IMG/VR virus record: IMGVR_UViG_3300032281_000998
Location: 1-40,363 of that record
Length of the DNA: 40,363 nucleotides
Origin: a virus
Taxonomy: Duplodnaviria; Caudoviricetes
Reading direction: 5' to 3' (one strand)
Positions 23,894 to 34,800 of the stretch are shown one piece after another. The translations under genes were made by a program, and so were the position numbers. Below the pieces are notes generated by a model, which did no database searches, was not told the DNA's origin, and worked only from the letters and a program-made list of their open reading frames with translations. How positions within the stretch are numbered: position 1 is the first letter of the stretch; each line of letters begins with the position of its first letter.

Positions 23894-24975
23894 TGATCCC
23901 TGCGCCGATATTGAGTTTGGCGAGGGTGCCGGGGCGCCGTGGCGTTCCTTTTGCTCCTACCGATATACCCAATATTCGTGTGTGGTTTGATGCTAACGAG
24001 GGTGCTAAAAGTTTCGCGGGTAACAACTTTACCGATGAAACCGCATCTTTTGCAATAACAGGCAGCATATACGCTGAAGATAACGGAACATATGATGTAG
24101 ATTATAGTGGAGGCCTTATTAATGGACGAAATAGGTACAGATATAATAACAACGGCGGTGAAGCAAATTCTGACTATGGATTAGTCTACTGGAACGGAAC
24201 TCAATGGGCTTATGAAGCGTGGGGAGTTCCTTCTGATGGCGATCCCGGTATAGGGCGAACAAGCTACGGAACCGGAAACACTACATATCCTTGGAATGCA
24301 ACGTGGTCTATGGGAACCTTTACGAGAACCCCAACAACTGTAGACGTTTCTGCAACCAACAACCAATCCGTAGTTAAGTGGTATAATCAAGTAGTTGCGG
24401 GAGGGCCTTTATTTCAAAACACCCTTGCGTCACAACCCATTTACGAGACAAATGTCTATGGGAAAAATGTGTTGTCATTTAATGCGGATTCAATATCTGG
24501 AAACGTTGCTGCTTCTGCAAGTTGGGGTTCTGAACATTCTGTTTACTGTGTCGCAACAACTTTGGGGGGATCAACCACTTTTAACGGTGCTTTCGCAGCC
24601 CAATCTTCAACGATTGCTGCTCAGCGTCGAGGAGCACTTGGAGGAAGCACAACGGGAGGCGTGCTGGCGTTTACAAACGGAACCCAACGAAATTCCACGC
24701 TGAGTGCCAGCACAGCTACGTTTGCAGTGTGGTCTTATAGGTTTACGACATCTGGGGGGAGTGTTGCACTGGGTAAGAACAAAACGTTTGAGAGCCTTAC
24801 TGGGGCAGGAACAAGTTTGATGCCGAGTAATTCTTTTGTGGTAGGCACTGCTGGCGGCTCAAACTCATCCATTACTAAAATTGGTGAAATTATTGGGTAT
24901 AGCGGAAATCACGATGAAGCTACGGCCAACCAAATCATTGACTACCTCGCCGCTAAATGGGGCGTTACCTTATGA
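23893..24975 (+). CDS. Tail fibre / receptor-binding protein with split LamG/ConA-like domain
   Basis: N-terminal PTDIPNIRVWFDA and C-terminal IGEIIGY...IIDYLAAKWG; Ser/Thr/Gly-rich; markedly lower GC. Confidence 0.7.
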   Translation: MIPAPILSLARVPGRRGVPFAPTDIPNIRVWFDANEGAKSFAGNNFTDETASFAITGSIYAEDNGTYDVDYSGGLINGRNRYRYNNNGGEANSDYGLVYWNGTQWAYEAWGVPSDGDPGIGRTSYGTGNTTYPWNATWSMGTFTRTPTTVDVSATNNQSVVKWYNQVVAGGPLFQNTLASQPIYETNVYGKNVLSFNADSISGNVAASASWGSEHSVYCVATTLGGSTTFNGAFAAQSSTIAAQRRGALGGSTTGGVLAFTNGTQRNSTLSASTATFAVWSYRFTTSGGSVALGKNKTFESLTGAGTSLMPSNSFVVGTAGGSNSSITKIGEIIGYSGNHDEATANQIIDYLAAKWGVTL

Positions 24976-25196
24976 AAACTTTCAAAATCCACCCTGACGT
25001 ATACCCAGCTTTGCAACGGTCTGTTGATACGGCTTTCAGGGATACACTTATCAAAGAAGGTAAGTGCCAACATATTTTCCCCCCCGAAATGGAAGCCGAT
25101 GAAGATGGCTACATTACATTAATGGTAAAGGATTGGATCTTTGATCTTGAGGGAATGGCAGAGTTGCTTGGCGGCATAAACAAAACGGAATCATGA
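24972..25196 (+). CDS. Hypothetical protein (possible fibre chaperone)
   Basis: 74 aa, low GC, coupled to the fibre gene. Confidence 0.6.
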   Translation: MKTFKIHPDVYPALQRSVDTAFRDTLIKEGKCQHIFPPEMEADEDGYITLMVKDWIFDLEGMAELLGGINKTES

Positions 25197-25402
25197 GCTA
25201 CCTACAGCAACACCTCACAACCGTGGAACGCGGCGCTCTCGGAACTTTTGCCAGCCTTGGCAGCGCGGCCGTCTCCATGGTGGGCCACCTGGAGCTCTAC
25301 CTCCGGGTAGCCGGCCTTTGCGTCGGGCTCGCGGTCGGCGTCGTCACTTTAATTTCGGTCCTTCACGACCTTCGGAAGAAACAACAACAGAAGAACAAAT
25401 AA
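25193..25402 (+). CDS. Holin/antiholin-like membrane protein
   Basis: Hydrophobic segments with a basic C-terminus; in the lysis cluster. Confidence 0.6.
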   Translation: MSYLQQHLTTVERGALGTFASLGSAAVSMVGHLELYLRVAGLCVGLAVGVVTLISVLHDLRKKQQQKNK

Positions 25403-25403
25403 T

Positions 25404-25577
25404 ATGCGCAACTGGAAAACGACAACCCTCGGCGTCTTGACCGCCCTAATCGCCCTGGCCACCGGGGCCAGAGAATTTCTCACCACCGGCAGCCTGCCCG
25501 ATCTTGGCCTCATTGCGGCCTCGCTCGCGGCCGCCTGGGGCCTACTCGTCGCCAAGGACGCCGATGCTCGGGGCTAA
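25404..25577 (+). CDS. Holin-like protein, 57 aa (not in ORF track)
   Basis: MRNWKTTTLGVLTALIALATG...LIAASLAAAWGLLVAKDADARG; two TM segments. Confidence 0.75.
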   Translation: MRNWKTTTLGVLTALIALATGAREFLTTGSLPDLGLIAASLAAAWGLLVAKDADARG

Positions 25578-25710
25578 ATTCGTCGCAGCTGGCCTCGTCT
25601 TTGCGGCCTACCTGCTACTGCCCGGATGCGTGAGCGTGGGATACGACTTCCTCAAGCAGCAGGCAACGTTGACTTACAACCCGCCCAAACTGGACGGCCT
25701 CAAGAAGTAA
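25564..25710 (+). CDS. Small lipoprotein, spanin-like
   Basis: MLGAKFVAAGLVFAAYLLLPGC lipobox; lies between the holin and endolysin genes. Confidence 0.6.
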   Translation: MLGAKFVAAGLVFAAYLLLPGCVSVGYDFLKQQATLTYNPPKLDGLKK

Positions 25711-26298
25711 ATGTGGAACTGGATTCTGAGACTATTTGGCAAGCCGTCCGGCGCTACCCGAGCGCCGGCCTCGCCGAGCTCTGCATCCGACTCCATAATG
25801 AGCTTCGCCGTCGAGCCGCCGCTGACGAGCTTCGACGAGCGCAAGGCCTACACGCCAAACAAGGGGAGCAGCGTGATCCGGCCGGAGGCGGTAGTGCTGC
25901 ACCACAGCGACGGAAGTTACCGGGGCGGAGTGGCCTGGATCGCCAACCCGGAATCTAAAGTGAGCTACCACGTGCTGATCGCCCGGGACGGCCGCCGGAC
26001 CGTGTTTGCCAACGACACGGAACGCGCCTGGCATGCGGGCAAGAGCAACTGGTTGGGGCGCCCGGACCTAAATAGCTGGAGCCTCGGGCTCGCCTGGGAG
26101 GGGAATACTTACGATTACCCCTTGGGCGACGACGCCATGGCGTCCGCTATCGAATACTTGGTGCCGCGTATGAAGAAGTGGGGCATCGACCTCAACATGG
26201 TCGTGACGCACCAGCAGGTCAGCCCGGGCCGAAAGACGGACATCTCGCCCGCCGATGCAACTAAATTTCGCAGCAAACTGGAAGAAGCACTGAACTAA
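25711..26298 (+). CDS. Endolysin, N-acetylmuramoyl-L-alanine amidase (Amidase_2)
   Basis: VVLHHS, VSYHVLI, RAWHAG and HQQVSPGRKTD. Confidence 0.9.
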   Translation: MWNWILRLFGKPSGATRAPASPSSASDSIMSFAVEPPLTSFDERKAYTPNKGSSVIRPEAVVLHHSDGSYRGGVAWIANPESKVSYHVLIARDGRRTVFANDTERAWHAGKSNWLGRPDLNSWSLGLAWEGNTYDYPLGDDAMASAIEYLVPRMKKWGIDLNMVVTHQQVSPGRKTDISPADATKFRSKLEEALN

Positions 26299-28694
26299 TG
26301 GCCATTGACTCACCAGTGCAACGTGACGGCGACCAAGGTTTCCTTGGTTTTGCTTCGCGCTTGAACCCGCTGACCCTGCCGCCCGGAATGCTGCAAGATA
26401 GCGTGAACATGCGGCTGGAGCGTGGCACGGCGCAGACCCGAAAGGGGGCGAAACGGCTGGCCGATGCCATCTCGACAACAGACACGCCGCTCGCGCTGTC
26501 CTTTGACCTCGCTGCGGACAAAAACATCAGCACGATAACCCGCAGCGGCACGCTCGCCACAGTGACCACAACCGCCGCGCACGGCTACACCAACGGCAAC
26601 CAGGTGAACATCCGCGGCGCCGAGGCTCCTAACGCGGCCCTCTATAACGGCGACTTCGTGATTAGTGCGGCCGGCGGGAGCAGCTTTCAGTATACGATGA
26701 CCGGCACGCCGACGGCGGACGCCACCGGGACGCTTTTTGCCAACAAGGGGCCGATAGTCAAGACGACCTACGGCGGCGGCATCTTTGCCTCCGGCGTCTT
26801 CGCTTCGCGCAACTATGAAAACGCTGCCGAGTATATCGTGATGTGCGGGCCGAGCAGCGCCTTCCTCTGGCGCAACACCCCGTCGGGCGACGAGGTGGAG
26901 ACGTTGGTATACCCCAACTCGCCGGACGAGACGATTGAACCGACCGACAATGTCTCGGTGGTGCAAGCCTTTGACCGGCTTTACATCCTGCGGGAAGCGG
27001 AGCAGACACCGGACACTGAGTGGGCCAACCGGCTGCTTGGGGTCGATCCCGGCGTTTTTACCGTGACGATTGCTTCGCCTGGGGTGGTGACTAAGACGGC
27101 GCATGGCTTGGAAAACACCATGGCGGTGACGCTGTCGACCACCGGCGCCCTGCCGACCGGGCTGGTAGCCGGCACGATCTACTACGTCATTAACAAAACG
27201 GCCAACACCTTTCAGCTTGCGGCGACCAGTGGCGGCGTGGCGATCAACACGAGCGGCAGCCAGTCGGGCGTGCATAGCCTGACTCCGGTTTCGGCCGCGG
27301 TCAGTAGCACGACGGCCACGATCTTCTGCAAAAACCATCCCTACCTGGCCGGCCAACGGGTGCGGCTGGAGGCAGGTGGGCCGGCGGCCTTTAACGGGCA
27401 TGAGTTTGACGTGCTTGGCGGCGCCGACGCGCCGACAACCCACACTTTTAGAGTGACGGTGCCGAACCTTACGGCGAACGACACGGCATCTTCGGCGACC
27501 CGGGCGACGCGCCGAGTGAAGCCTCCGATCTATTGGACCGGCACCGGAAGTTTCGTCCGGGCGGCGGGCGGCGTGCCAGCTGAAGGTGCGACCTATCGCA
27601 AAATGCGATCCGTGGGCTGGGCGAGCTACATCCAGAACCGGCTCATCATCCCTGACGGCCGCGACCAAGTGGCGATTTCCGACTACCTGGATGCCGACCT
27701 CTACGATCCTTTCTACCAGAGCTTTCGCGCCGGGGCCGGGGGCAGCGACTACATTGTCGCCGTGCATCCCTGGGTGGAGGGCAGCGCCTTGGTCTTCGCC
27801 CGCAAGAGCATCTGGCTGGCTACGCTGGGCCAGTTGCCCAGCACGGACGGCGCCAGCTTTGCCATCGACACAGCTGTCGCTAAGTTGGAGCTAATCACCG
27901 ATGAGATCGGCTGCTCGGCCCGCAACTCCATCGCCACGGCCGGCCGCTACGTGTTCTTCCTCTCGGACGCCGGGGTCTATCGCCTCGATACCCAGCTCGA
28001 CCTCAAGTTACGCGGCGACACCAAGCCGCTGAGTGATCCGGTCGCCGACCAGTTTGAGCGTATCGACCAGAGCAAGGTCCACCGCGCCTTTGGGCTTTGG
28101 CACAACAACCGCTATACCCTGGCCGTCCCCACGATCGATTCGCCGGATGAGACGAATGATCTGGTGATCACCTACTCGGCCCTCAATGACCAGTGGGAGA
28201 GCCGCGACATTTACGGCATTGGCGTGGATGCGCTCATCGTCGGAACCTACAGCGATGTGCGCCGCGTTTTCAACGTGCGCCGGACCGGCAGCCTCTTCCT
28301 CCTCGACGAGAAGGATGACGGCACCGACGACGAGCCGAGCGGAAGCAATGTGGGCCTGGTGGTCGGGACGATTAGGACGCGGCGCTACAATATGGGCAAC
28401 ATGCATAGCAAGCGATTCACCCGCGCTTTGAGCGATGTGGTCCTGCCAAGCGCCGGCTCAATCACGGTCGAGGCGGAGCTCTTTAACCCGGACGCCCCGG
28501 TCACGTTGGTGCCAGGGCAAAGCAACGATACCGGCGCAGAGGAAGACTACACGCTCAAGCAGCCAATCCGCCGCAAGGCGCACGCCGCCGAACTTATCTT
28601 TCAGACCAACCTCCAACGCCCCGAGATACGGAATGTCTCGATCGAGGCGGCGCTTGAGGGACTCCCGCAAACCGACACCCGCAACGCAGCTTAA
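26298..28694 (+). CDS. Tail tubular B / DNA-stabilisation protein (P22 gp10 / T7 gp12-like)
   Basis: Beta-propeller-like segments (IGCSARNSI, FFLSDAGVY) with inserted small beta-domains (TTTAAHGY, KTAHGL, KNHPY). Confidence 0.75.
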   Translation: MAIDSPVQRDGDQGFLGFASRLNPLTLPPGMLQDSVNMRLERGTAQTRKGAKRLADAISTTDTPLALSFDLAADKNISTITRSGTLATVTTTAAHGYTNGNQVNIRGAEAPNAALYNGDFVISAAGGSSFQYTMTGTPTADATGTLFANKGPIVKTTYGGGIFASGVFASRNYENAAEYIVMCGPSSAFLWRNTPSGDEVETLVYPNSPDETIEPTDNVSVVQAFDRLYILREAEQTPDTEWANRLLGVDPGVFTVTIASPGVVTKTAHGLENTMAVTLSTTGALPTGLVAGTIYYVINKTANTFQLAATSGGVAINTSGSQSGVHSLTPVSAAVSSTTATIFCKNHPYLAGQRVRLEAGGPAAFNGHEFDVLGGADAPTTHTFRVTVPNLTANDTASSATRATRRVKPPIYWTGTGSFVRAAGGVPAEGATYRKMRSVGWASYIQNRLIIPDGRDQVAISDYLDADLYDPFYQSFRAGAGGSDYIVAVHPWVEGSALVFARKSIWLATLGQLPSTDGASFAIDTAVAKLELITDEIGCSARNSIATAGRYVFFLSDAGVYRLDTQLDLKLRGDTKPLSDPVADQFERIDQSKVHRAFGLWHNNRYTLAVPTIDSPDETNDLVITYSALNDQWESRDIYGIGVDALIVGTYSDVRRVFNVRRTGSLFLLDEKDDGTDDEPSGSNVGLVVGTIRTRRYNMGNMHSKRFTRALSDVVLPSAGSITVEAELFNPDAPVTLVPGQSNDTGAEEDYTLKQPIRRKAHAAELIFQTNLQRPEIRNVSIEAALEGLPQTDTRNAA

Positions 28695-28696
28695 TT

Positions 28697-29485
28697 ATGG
28701 CCGACCTAACCCTCACCCCAATCAAAACCTTTGTCTCTGGCGAGAACGTCACACCAACAAAACTCAATCAACTCAGCCAGTCCGCCGTGGCGCTGACGGC
28801 CGCAACGATTGTCAACGCCGACGTGTCGCCCAGTGCAGCAATCGCGCTGTCAAAGCTCGCAACCGGCGCCCTGCCTGCGGCGATCACCGTGACGACGGCC
28901 AACGTAGTGGATGCGTCTATTACCGCCGCGAAGCTCAACGGCGCACAAACCGGCTCGGCGCCGGTCTTCGGCTGCCGCGCCTGGGTCAACTTCGATGGCG
29001 TGATGACCAACGTGACCGGCGCCAGCTACAGCCGCACGACGACATTGGTAACTGTGACCCGGTCGTCGCACGGACTGACCACAGGCAACAAGCTGGTGAT
29101 TTCCTCGGCGACTGACACGGGGCTGAACTCGGCGGCCAACACGGCGAGCGTGGAGATCACGTTTGTCGATGCCAACAACTTTACCTTTCAGACGGCGGCA
29201 ACCGGCGCCGCAACCGGAACGCTGACCTACGCCCGCGGCATCCGCGGGGCGGGCAATGTGGCGAGCGTAACGCGCAATGGCACCGGAGACTACACCGTCA
29301 CCTTTGCCACGGCGCTGCCTTCGGCAAACTATTCCGCGGTGGCCTCGTCCGGCGCTCTCGATACAGACACTGGTGCGGAATCGACCGCGACAACTAACCG
29401 GACGACGGCGTCATTTTCCGTCTACACCGCCAACACATCGACCGCGGCCAACCGTGCAGAGGTATCCGTGGTCGTCTTTGGCTAA
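28697..29485 (+). CDS. Tail fibre/spike-like structural protein
   Basis: VTPTKLN, CRAWVNFDG and NVASVTRNGTGDYTVTFATALPSANY motifs. Confidence 0.75.
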   Translation: MADLTLTPIKTFVSGENVTPTKLNQLSQSAVALTAATIVNADVSPSAAIALSKLATGALPAAITVTTANVVDASITAAKLNGAQTGSAPVFGCRAWVNFDGVMTNVTGASYSRTTTLVTVTRSSHGLTTGNKLVISSATDTGLNSAANTASVEITFVDANNFTFQTAATGAATGTLTYARGIRGAGNVASVTRNGTGDYTVTFATALPSANYSAVASSGALDTDTGAESTATTNRTTASFSVYTANTSTAANRAEVSVVVFG

Positions 29486-29486
29486 C

Positions 29487-29849
29487 ATGACCCCATGGCA
29501 AAAAGCGGCTCAATGGTATGACGAGTATTTTCCCGGACAAAACTTCGGCCTCGCCCTGGCGGACAATATCGCCAGGCCGGACGGGTTTGTCGTGTCCTTT
29601 AACGATGTCTTCGTCATGGGCCAGGAGGTCCGCTGGGACGCGGCCTCGCGGAGCATCACGCCAGGCGAGCCGAATGCTTGGTATGTCCAGCTGGCGGCGG
29701 CCGGCGATGGGGCCAATGCGCACGAAAGGTTTCTCAGCTCCGCGGCCAAGCCGCACGAATACGTCCTCTGGCAACGCCGCAATGACGGCCGCATACGTGC
29801 CCGCCGATGCGTGGATATTTTGAAACGAACACAAAGACAAAAGGAGTAA
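29487..29849 (+). CDS. Hypothetical protein (position of T7 gp13-like gene)
   Basis: MTPWQKAAQWY...AWYVQLAAAG; precedes the ejection proteins. Confidence 0.6.
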   Translation: MTPWQKAAQWYDEYFPGQNFGLALADNIARPDGFVVSFNDVFVMGQEVRWDAASRSITPGEPNAWYVQLAAAGDGANAHERFLSSAAKPHEYVLWQRRNDGRIRARRCVDILKRTQRQKE

Positions 29850-29851
29850 TT

Positions 29852-30718
29852 ATGGGATCAGGATCAGCAACACCACCAACACTCGACACGAAGCAATCAT
29901 CAGACCTACTGCGGCAACAGCTCACCATCCAGCGTGAGGAGTTGCCAGCTATGGCGGTCGCCGCCGGCAACACCTCGCGGCAGGAAAGCCGGCGCAACAT
30001 TGACTTTGGCCTCAAGCTCCTCGGCGACCCGCGGCTCCGCGCCAGCTACGAGGCGGCCTTGCCCGAGGAAACGCGCCGCCGGGCCAACCTTCTCGGTCAG
30101 CTCGACGCCGCGCAGTCAGCGGCGCCGGAATACACCAGGCTCCAGGAGCAGCTGCAAGGTGCAGTCGGCGAGCGGGCTGGCATGCTCTCGGCCCAAGACA
30201 CTCGGGACGCCACGCAGCAGGCAAGGTCAGCCATGGCCGCCCGGGGAATGGCAACGGGCAATGCCGGCATCGGCGCGGAGCTGCTTAACCGTGACCGGTT
30301 CGTCCAGCAGCGCCGGGCTCAAGACTTGGGCATCCTTGGCACTTCGGCCCAGCTCGCGGAACAGGAGCGCATGCGGCGGATGGGCCTCGGCCGGGACGCC
30401 TACAATTTCAGCATGGGAACCAACCCCGCTATGCTGGCGATGGGCATGGGCTCGCCGTATGCGAACTTGACGCAAAACGCCATGTCCATGGTCAGCGGGG
30501 CGCAGGGGCTGAGCCCGATGTATTCGGGGGGACAGTTTTCGGGCGGCGGTTTCAACATGATGGGCGCTGGCCTGGGTGGTGCGTCTGGGGCGCTCTCAGG
30601 TGCCATGATGGGCGCCATGATGGGTGCTCCTGCCGGCGGCATTGGCGCGGTGCCTGGGGCCGTCATCGGAGGCCTGGCGGGGGGCGGATTGGGCGCCGCG
30701 GGCGGCTCATTTTCCTAA
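29852..30718 (+). CDS. Internal virion/ejection (pilot) protein
   Basis: Gln/Ala-rich coiled coil with a C-terminal glycine zipper; AAGGAG RBS. Confidence 0.7.
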   Translation: MGSGSATPPTLDTKQSSDLLRQQLTIQREELPAMAVAAGNTSRQESRRNIDFGLKLLGDPRLRASYEAALPEETRRRANLLGQLDAAQSAAPEYTRLQEQLQGAVGERAGMLSAQDTRDATQQARSAMAARGMATGNAGIGAELLNRDRFVQQRRAQDLGILGTSAQLAEQERMRRMGLGRDAYNFSMGTNPAMLAMGMGSPYANLTQNAMSMVSGAQGLSPMYSGGQFSGGGFNMMGAGLGGASGALSGAMMGAMMGAPAGGIGAVPGAVIGGLAGGGLGAAGGSFS

Positions 30719-30750
30719 ACATTTAACCAACGAAACCAAGGAGAACAAAT

Positions 30751-31143
30751 ATGACACCAGCACAATTCTATCAGATCGAACAACAGAACCAGCAGAACCA
30801 GCGGCAAAACATGCAGCAGATGACCAACCAGGTCTTCCAGGCGGCCGGCGCCCTGGCCGGACAATACGCGGAGAACAAAGCCCTGGACGCCAAGGGTGGC
30901 GCCTATGCGGACTTCATGAAAAGCCACGGTGAGCAGCTGGGGTTCGACGGGAGTTACCTCGAGGAGTTCCTCAAGAAGAAACCCCGCGAGCAAGCCATGA
31001 TCGGTGACCAGATCATCGGCATGCAAAACACCGGCCGGCAAATCATGAATCAACAATACCTCAACCAACAGGCCTCGGCTTTTGGCGGGCGGGGTGCGGG
31101 CGGCGCTGACGGAGCCGGTGGTGGGGATAGCTTTACGTTCTAA
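30751..31143 (+). CDS. Internal virion protein
   Basis: Gln-rich 130 aa; AAGGAG RBS. Confidence 0.65.
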   Translation: MTPAQFYQIEQQNQQNQRQNMQQMTNQVFQAAGALAGQYAENKALDAKGGAYADFMKSHGEQLGFDGSYLEEFLKKKPREQAMIGDQIIGMQNTGRQIMNQQYLNQQASAFGGRGAGGADGAGGGDSFTF

Positions 31144-31152
31144 GGAGACATT

Positions 31153-31800
31153 ATGGCGGAACCACAAGTCATGTCGGCCCAAGAATACGGGCGCACTGTA
31201 TTGGGCTACGCGCCTAATCAGACGATCCAGGGCAAGGAGCTGGCCAAGTTTAGAGACCAATATGCCAGGTATGTGCAGACGGCCTCAAAATCGTTCACCC
31301 CAACGACAGGCATGATGACGAACGAGGTTTCGGGGACGGTGACGCCTTACTTCATGAGCTCGCCAAACTCGGCGCAAATCATGGCCGAAAAGCAGGCGAC
31401 CATGAAGATGGTCCCGGGTAAGGATGGCAAAGCCTATGCATTCGACCCGCTAACCGGGACGGTGGCGCCGGTCACAGTGAAGGGCTCGACGAACCAATTT
31501 GAGATGGACCCGAAGGCTAACCGCATGCAGGAACTCATGGACGCGCTGGGCGGCGCCGCGGCGGAGGAGGAGGAAGCGCCTGGAATTCTCGCCAGCATTT
31601 TTGGCGGAGCCAAGGCCACGCCGGCGCCGACGCCGAGCCCGTCGCCGATGGCCACGCCGGCCCCGGCCATGGCCGGGACCGATACGCCGCAGGCGGCCTT
31701 TGGCTCGGTGGATGAGGTCATGGCGGCGGCGCGGGCCGGCCGCATCACGCTGGAAGATGCGCAAAACATTTTGGTAAGCCAATTCAACCTGGACCCGTGA
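31153..31800 (+). CDS. Internal virion protein
   Basis: 215 aa; AAGGAG RBS; Pro/Ala linker. Confidence 0.65.
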   Translation: MAEPQVMSAQEYGRTVLGYAPNQTIQGKELAKFRDQYARYVQTASKSFTPTTGMMTNEVSGTVTPYFMSSPNSAQIMAEKQATMKMVPGKDGKAYAFDPLTGTVAPVTVKGSTNQFEMDPKANRMQELMDALGGAAAEEEEAPGILASIFGGAKATPAPTPSPSPMATPAPAMAGTDTPQAAFGSVDEVMAAARAGRITLEDAQNILVSQFNLDP

Positions 31801-34800
31801 GCAAGCAAAGCGCCAGCGCCTTGCTTGCCGGTCTGGTCGCGGAGCTTGATCCGGCGGCGGAGGACCGACGCCAGATGGAGTTGGGCCGGGCGGCGTCGTG
31901 GTCGCAGGAGCCGGTCGGGGACGTGAGCCAGGACATTGCGCCGGAAGCTCCCGCGGTGGTTCCGAATGAGCTGATCAGGGCCGCGGATGCTGCGTTTCTG
32001 CAAGAGCCTTACACCGAGCCGGCGCTGCCGGATGAAGACTTGCCGCCGGTGCAGCGACAATCGGCCTCGGCGTTGCTGGCCGGACTCAAGGTGGAAGCGC
32101 CGGCGAAGCAACCGCGGGCCTCGGCCTCGGCGCTGCTGGCCGAGCTGCAGGTGGCCACGCCGGCCCCGGAGGCCAAGCCGCTGAATATTTCATTCGGCGG
32201 CCCGGAGGCGTCGCTGGCGGCGGCGGTGCGGGGCGAACCAAAGAAGCCGGTGACAACACCGGAGGCGGCGGATGGGTCGGATGTGACGTTCGATGCGAAG
32301 GGCCCGGCGTTTCAATTTACGGGGACGCTGGTCATGGACCCGTCTTCCGGGGCGGAGCAGGGGCTGGATGGGATGGTGCCGGTGGCGCCGCGGGGACCGA
32401 TGGCGGCCGCGGTGGGCCAGGCGGAGCCGGTGCTGAATCGCCGGCCGCGGCTGGTGCCGAGTGCGGGCGGACAGATCGTCTTTGACCAATCGACGCCGGA
32501 GCGATTTACCCAGGGAGTGGAGGAGGCGTTCGCCGCGGGGATCTTGCCGCAGTCGAACTACGAGAAGATCAAGGCGGCCGAAGCGCAAATTTTCAAAGTG
32601 GTCGACGACCGGCGGAAGCTCGAGGAAAAGGCGCAAGCGGACCCGAAACTCTTAGCGGTGCTGCAGGGCTTGGGCCGGGGCGGTGCTATGACGGCGGGTG
32701 CGGTGGCCGGAGCCAAGGCGTTTGCCACGGCGGGAAGCATGGCGGCCGCGGCAACGGGAGTCGGCGTTACAACGGTGCCGGTCGTGGCCGCGGTGACCGG
32801 AACGGCCGGCGCAATCGTCGGCGGAGTCGGCGCGGGCTTGGCCTATGATGCGCTTTACCGCCAGCTGGGCCAGCACTTCGAGGAATACGACAATGTGATG
32901 AAGTCGGCTGAGCTCTACCCGATGCACAAGGCGGGCGGCGAGCTGGCGATGGCCGGCCTGGCGATCGGGACGAGCGTGCCGCAGGCGGTGAGGGGCTTGC
33001 AGACGGCTTACCAAGCGGGCGGGCTGCCGCAGGTGGCGCGGACGGCGGGCGCGGCGGGCGGGCTGGGTGCGGGGACGGGCGTGGTGGCTTACCCGATCGA
33101 TGCGGTGGTGCGGGGCGAGGAGATGACGCCGGGGGGCTTTGCCACGGCGGCCGGGACGGGTGCGCTCTCGGGCGGATTCTTTATCAATAACCGGATGGCC
33201 CGGACGCCGGAAGTCATGCGGATCTTTGCCAAGGCCGACGCGGGGAGCAAGTTGACCGCGGCGGAAGAAACCATTTACCGGGCGGCCTACGGCCCGCTCC
33301 AGGCCGCGGTGCGTCGCGGCCAGGTGGACGGACAGCGCCTGGTCGACGGCCGCGTGGAGGTGCCGACGACGTCGGTGGCCGGGATGATGCCGGCCGCGGG
33401 CCGGGCCCGGGTGCAGGCCCGCTATGAGTCGCCGATGAGGCTGCCGGAGGGAGCATTGCAAGCGGCCAGGGACTACGCGTCCCGGCCGCGGCCGGTCGCT
33501 ACTCCGCCGCCGGCGGCGACGACTGCAGCGCCGACCGTCCCGCGCCAGGCGCCGGTGAATGTGATCCCGCCCGGGGAGACGATCATCCCGCCGCCGCCGA
33601 TGACGCCGGCCATGATGACGCCGGATGCCTTTGCCGACGCGATGGCGACGGAGCGGGGGCTGGATATGGATTTCAACCCGGAGGCGACGGAGCAATTATT
33701 CGGCGAGCATTTCCGTATCGTCCGCGAGGCGATCAACAACAACCAGCCGGTCAATGCCGCGGCCCTCGAGCTCTATGAGATGCAGGTGCCGTATTATGTG
33801 ACGGACGAGACAACGGGGCTCTCGCAGTTTGACCAAGCGAGCTTTGATGCGTGGCAAGGGTATGTCTCGGGCCGGGGCGAGGAGGTGAAGCAGGACGCGG
33901 CGGAGGCCGGGGCGGTAGAGCTGCTGGCCGCGATCCGCGAGCTCGGGGGCCTGCCAGCGCCGAAGTCGGGCGGGAAGCGGGCGGTGTGGAAGGGGGAGCT
34001 GCAATCCCTCTACGAGACGTCCCGCGGGGCCCGCGACCTGGGGATCAAGGGAGCCATGGGCCTCTTTCGCAAGGACGCGCCAGATGTCGACTACTTGGTG
34101 ATCGGCCTGAGAGAAAAGGGCTTCCGGGTGGAAACCGAAGCGGACCTTTTCGAGCTGCTCGATAATCGGCTGCGCAACGGCCGCGATGTCTTTGCCTATC
34201 CGACGATGGCCGCTGACCAGTTCGCGCCGGTCGGCGGCCGGATGGGCCGGCGGGCGCCGCGGCCGGCCCCGGGGCAGATGGATCTGCTCGGCGAGCGAGA
34301 CGTGGAATTTACCCTGGCCGGACAGACTGACCGCTCGAGCCTGACGCCGGAGGAGATGGCGATGGCGCAACGGACGGCGGAGGAGAAGGCGCAGGCGGAG
34401 GCGCTGCAGGGGGATCTGTTTGGGGAGAAGCGGGGTTCGCGCCGTGCGACAAAGGATTTGTTGGGGCGAGAAATAAGCCCAGATCAACTGGCCTTCAACG
34501 AACAATTTTTGCTTTCCGGCGTGGTCGATCCTGCGCTGACTTCTACTTACGCGACAGACTTTCCTGACATGGCGGCCAACTTTGCCGAGCAGGAACAGGC
34601 AATCGGCGGCCCGAACTTTGGTCAAAGTGGCTTGGGAGTTGTGAGGGTTTATTCGAGGCAAGGCGCCAGGGAATCGACCGTCAATGAATTCCAGCTGCCG
34701 GCGGGCGCTCAACCGGTGGCCGAATTCACGCCCGCGCAAGTGCGAGCAGGCGAGCATCTCAAGTGGTTTGCGCAGCGGCGGACCGCTGAGCCGTCGCCTC

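Noticed and set aside
23313-24975. Diversity-generating retroelement (template/variable repeats)
   Set aside because: No reverse transcriptase was recognised; differences between the paralogs are not adenine-specific and both copies are intact ORFs.
26310-27767. 485-aa minus-strand ORF, and similar long antisense ORFs over the giant gene
   Set aside because: They overlap well-supported plus-strand genes and have Arg/Gly/His-rich shadow composition.
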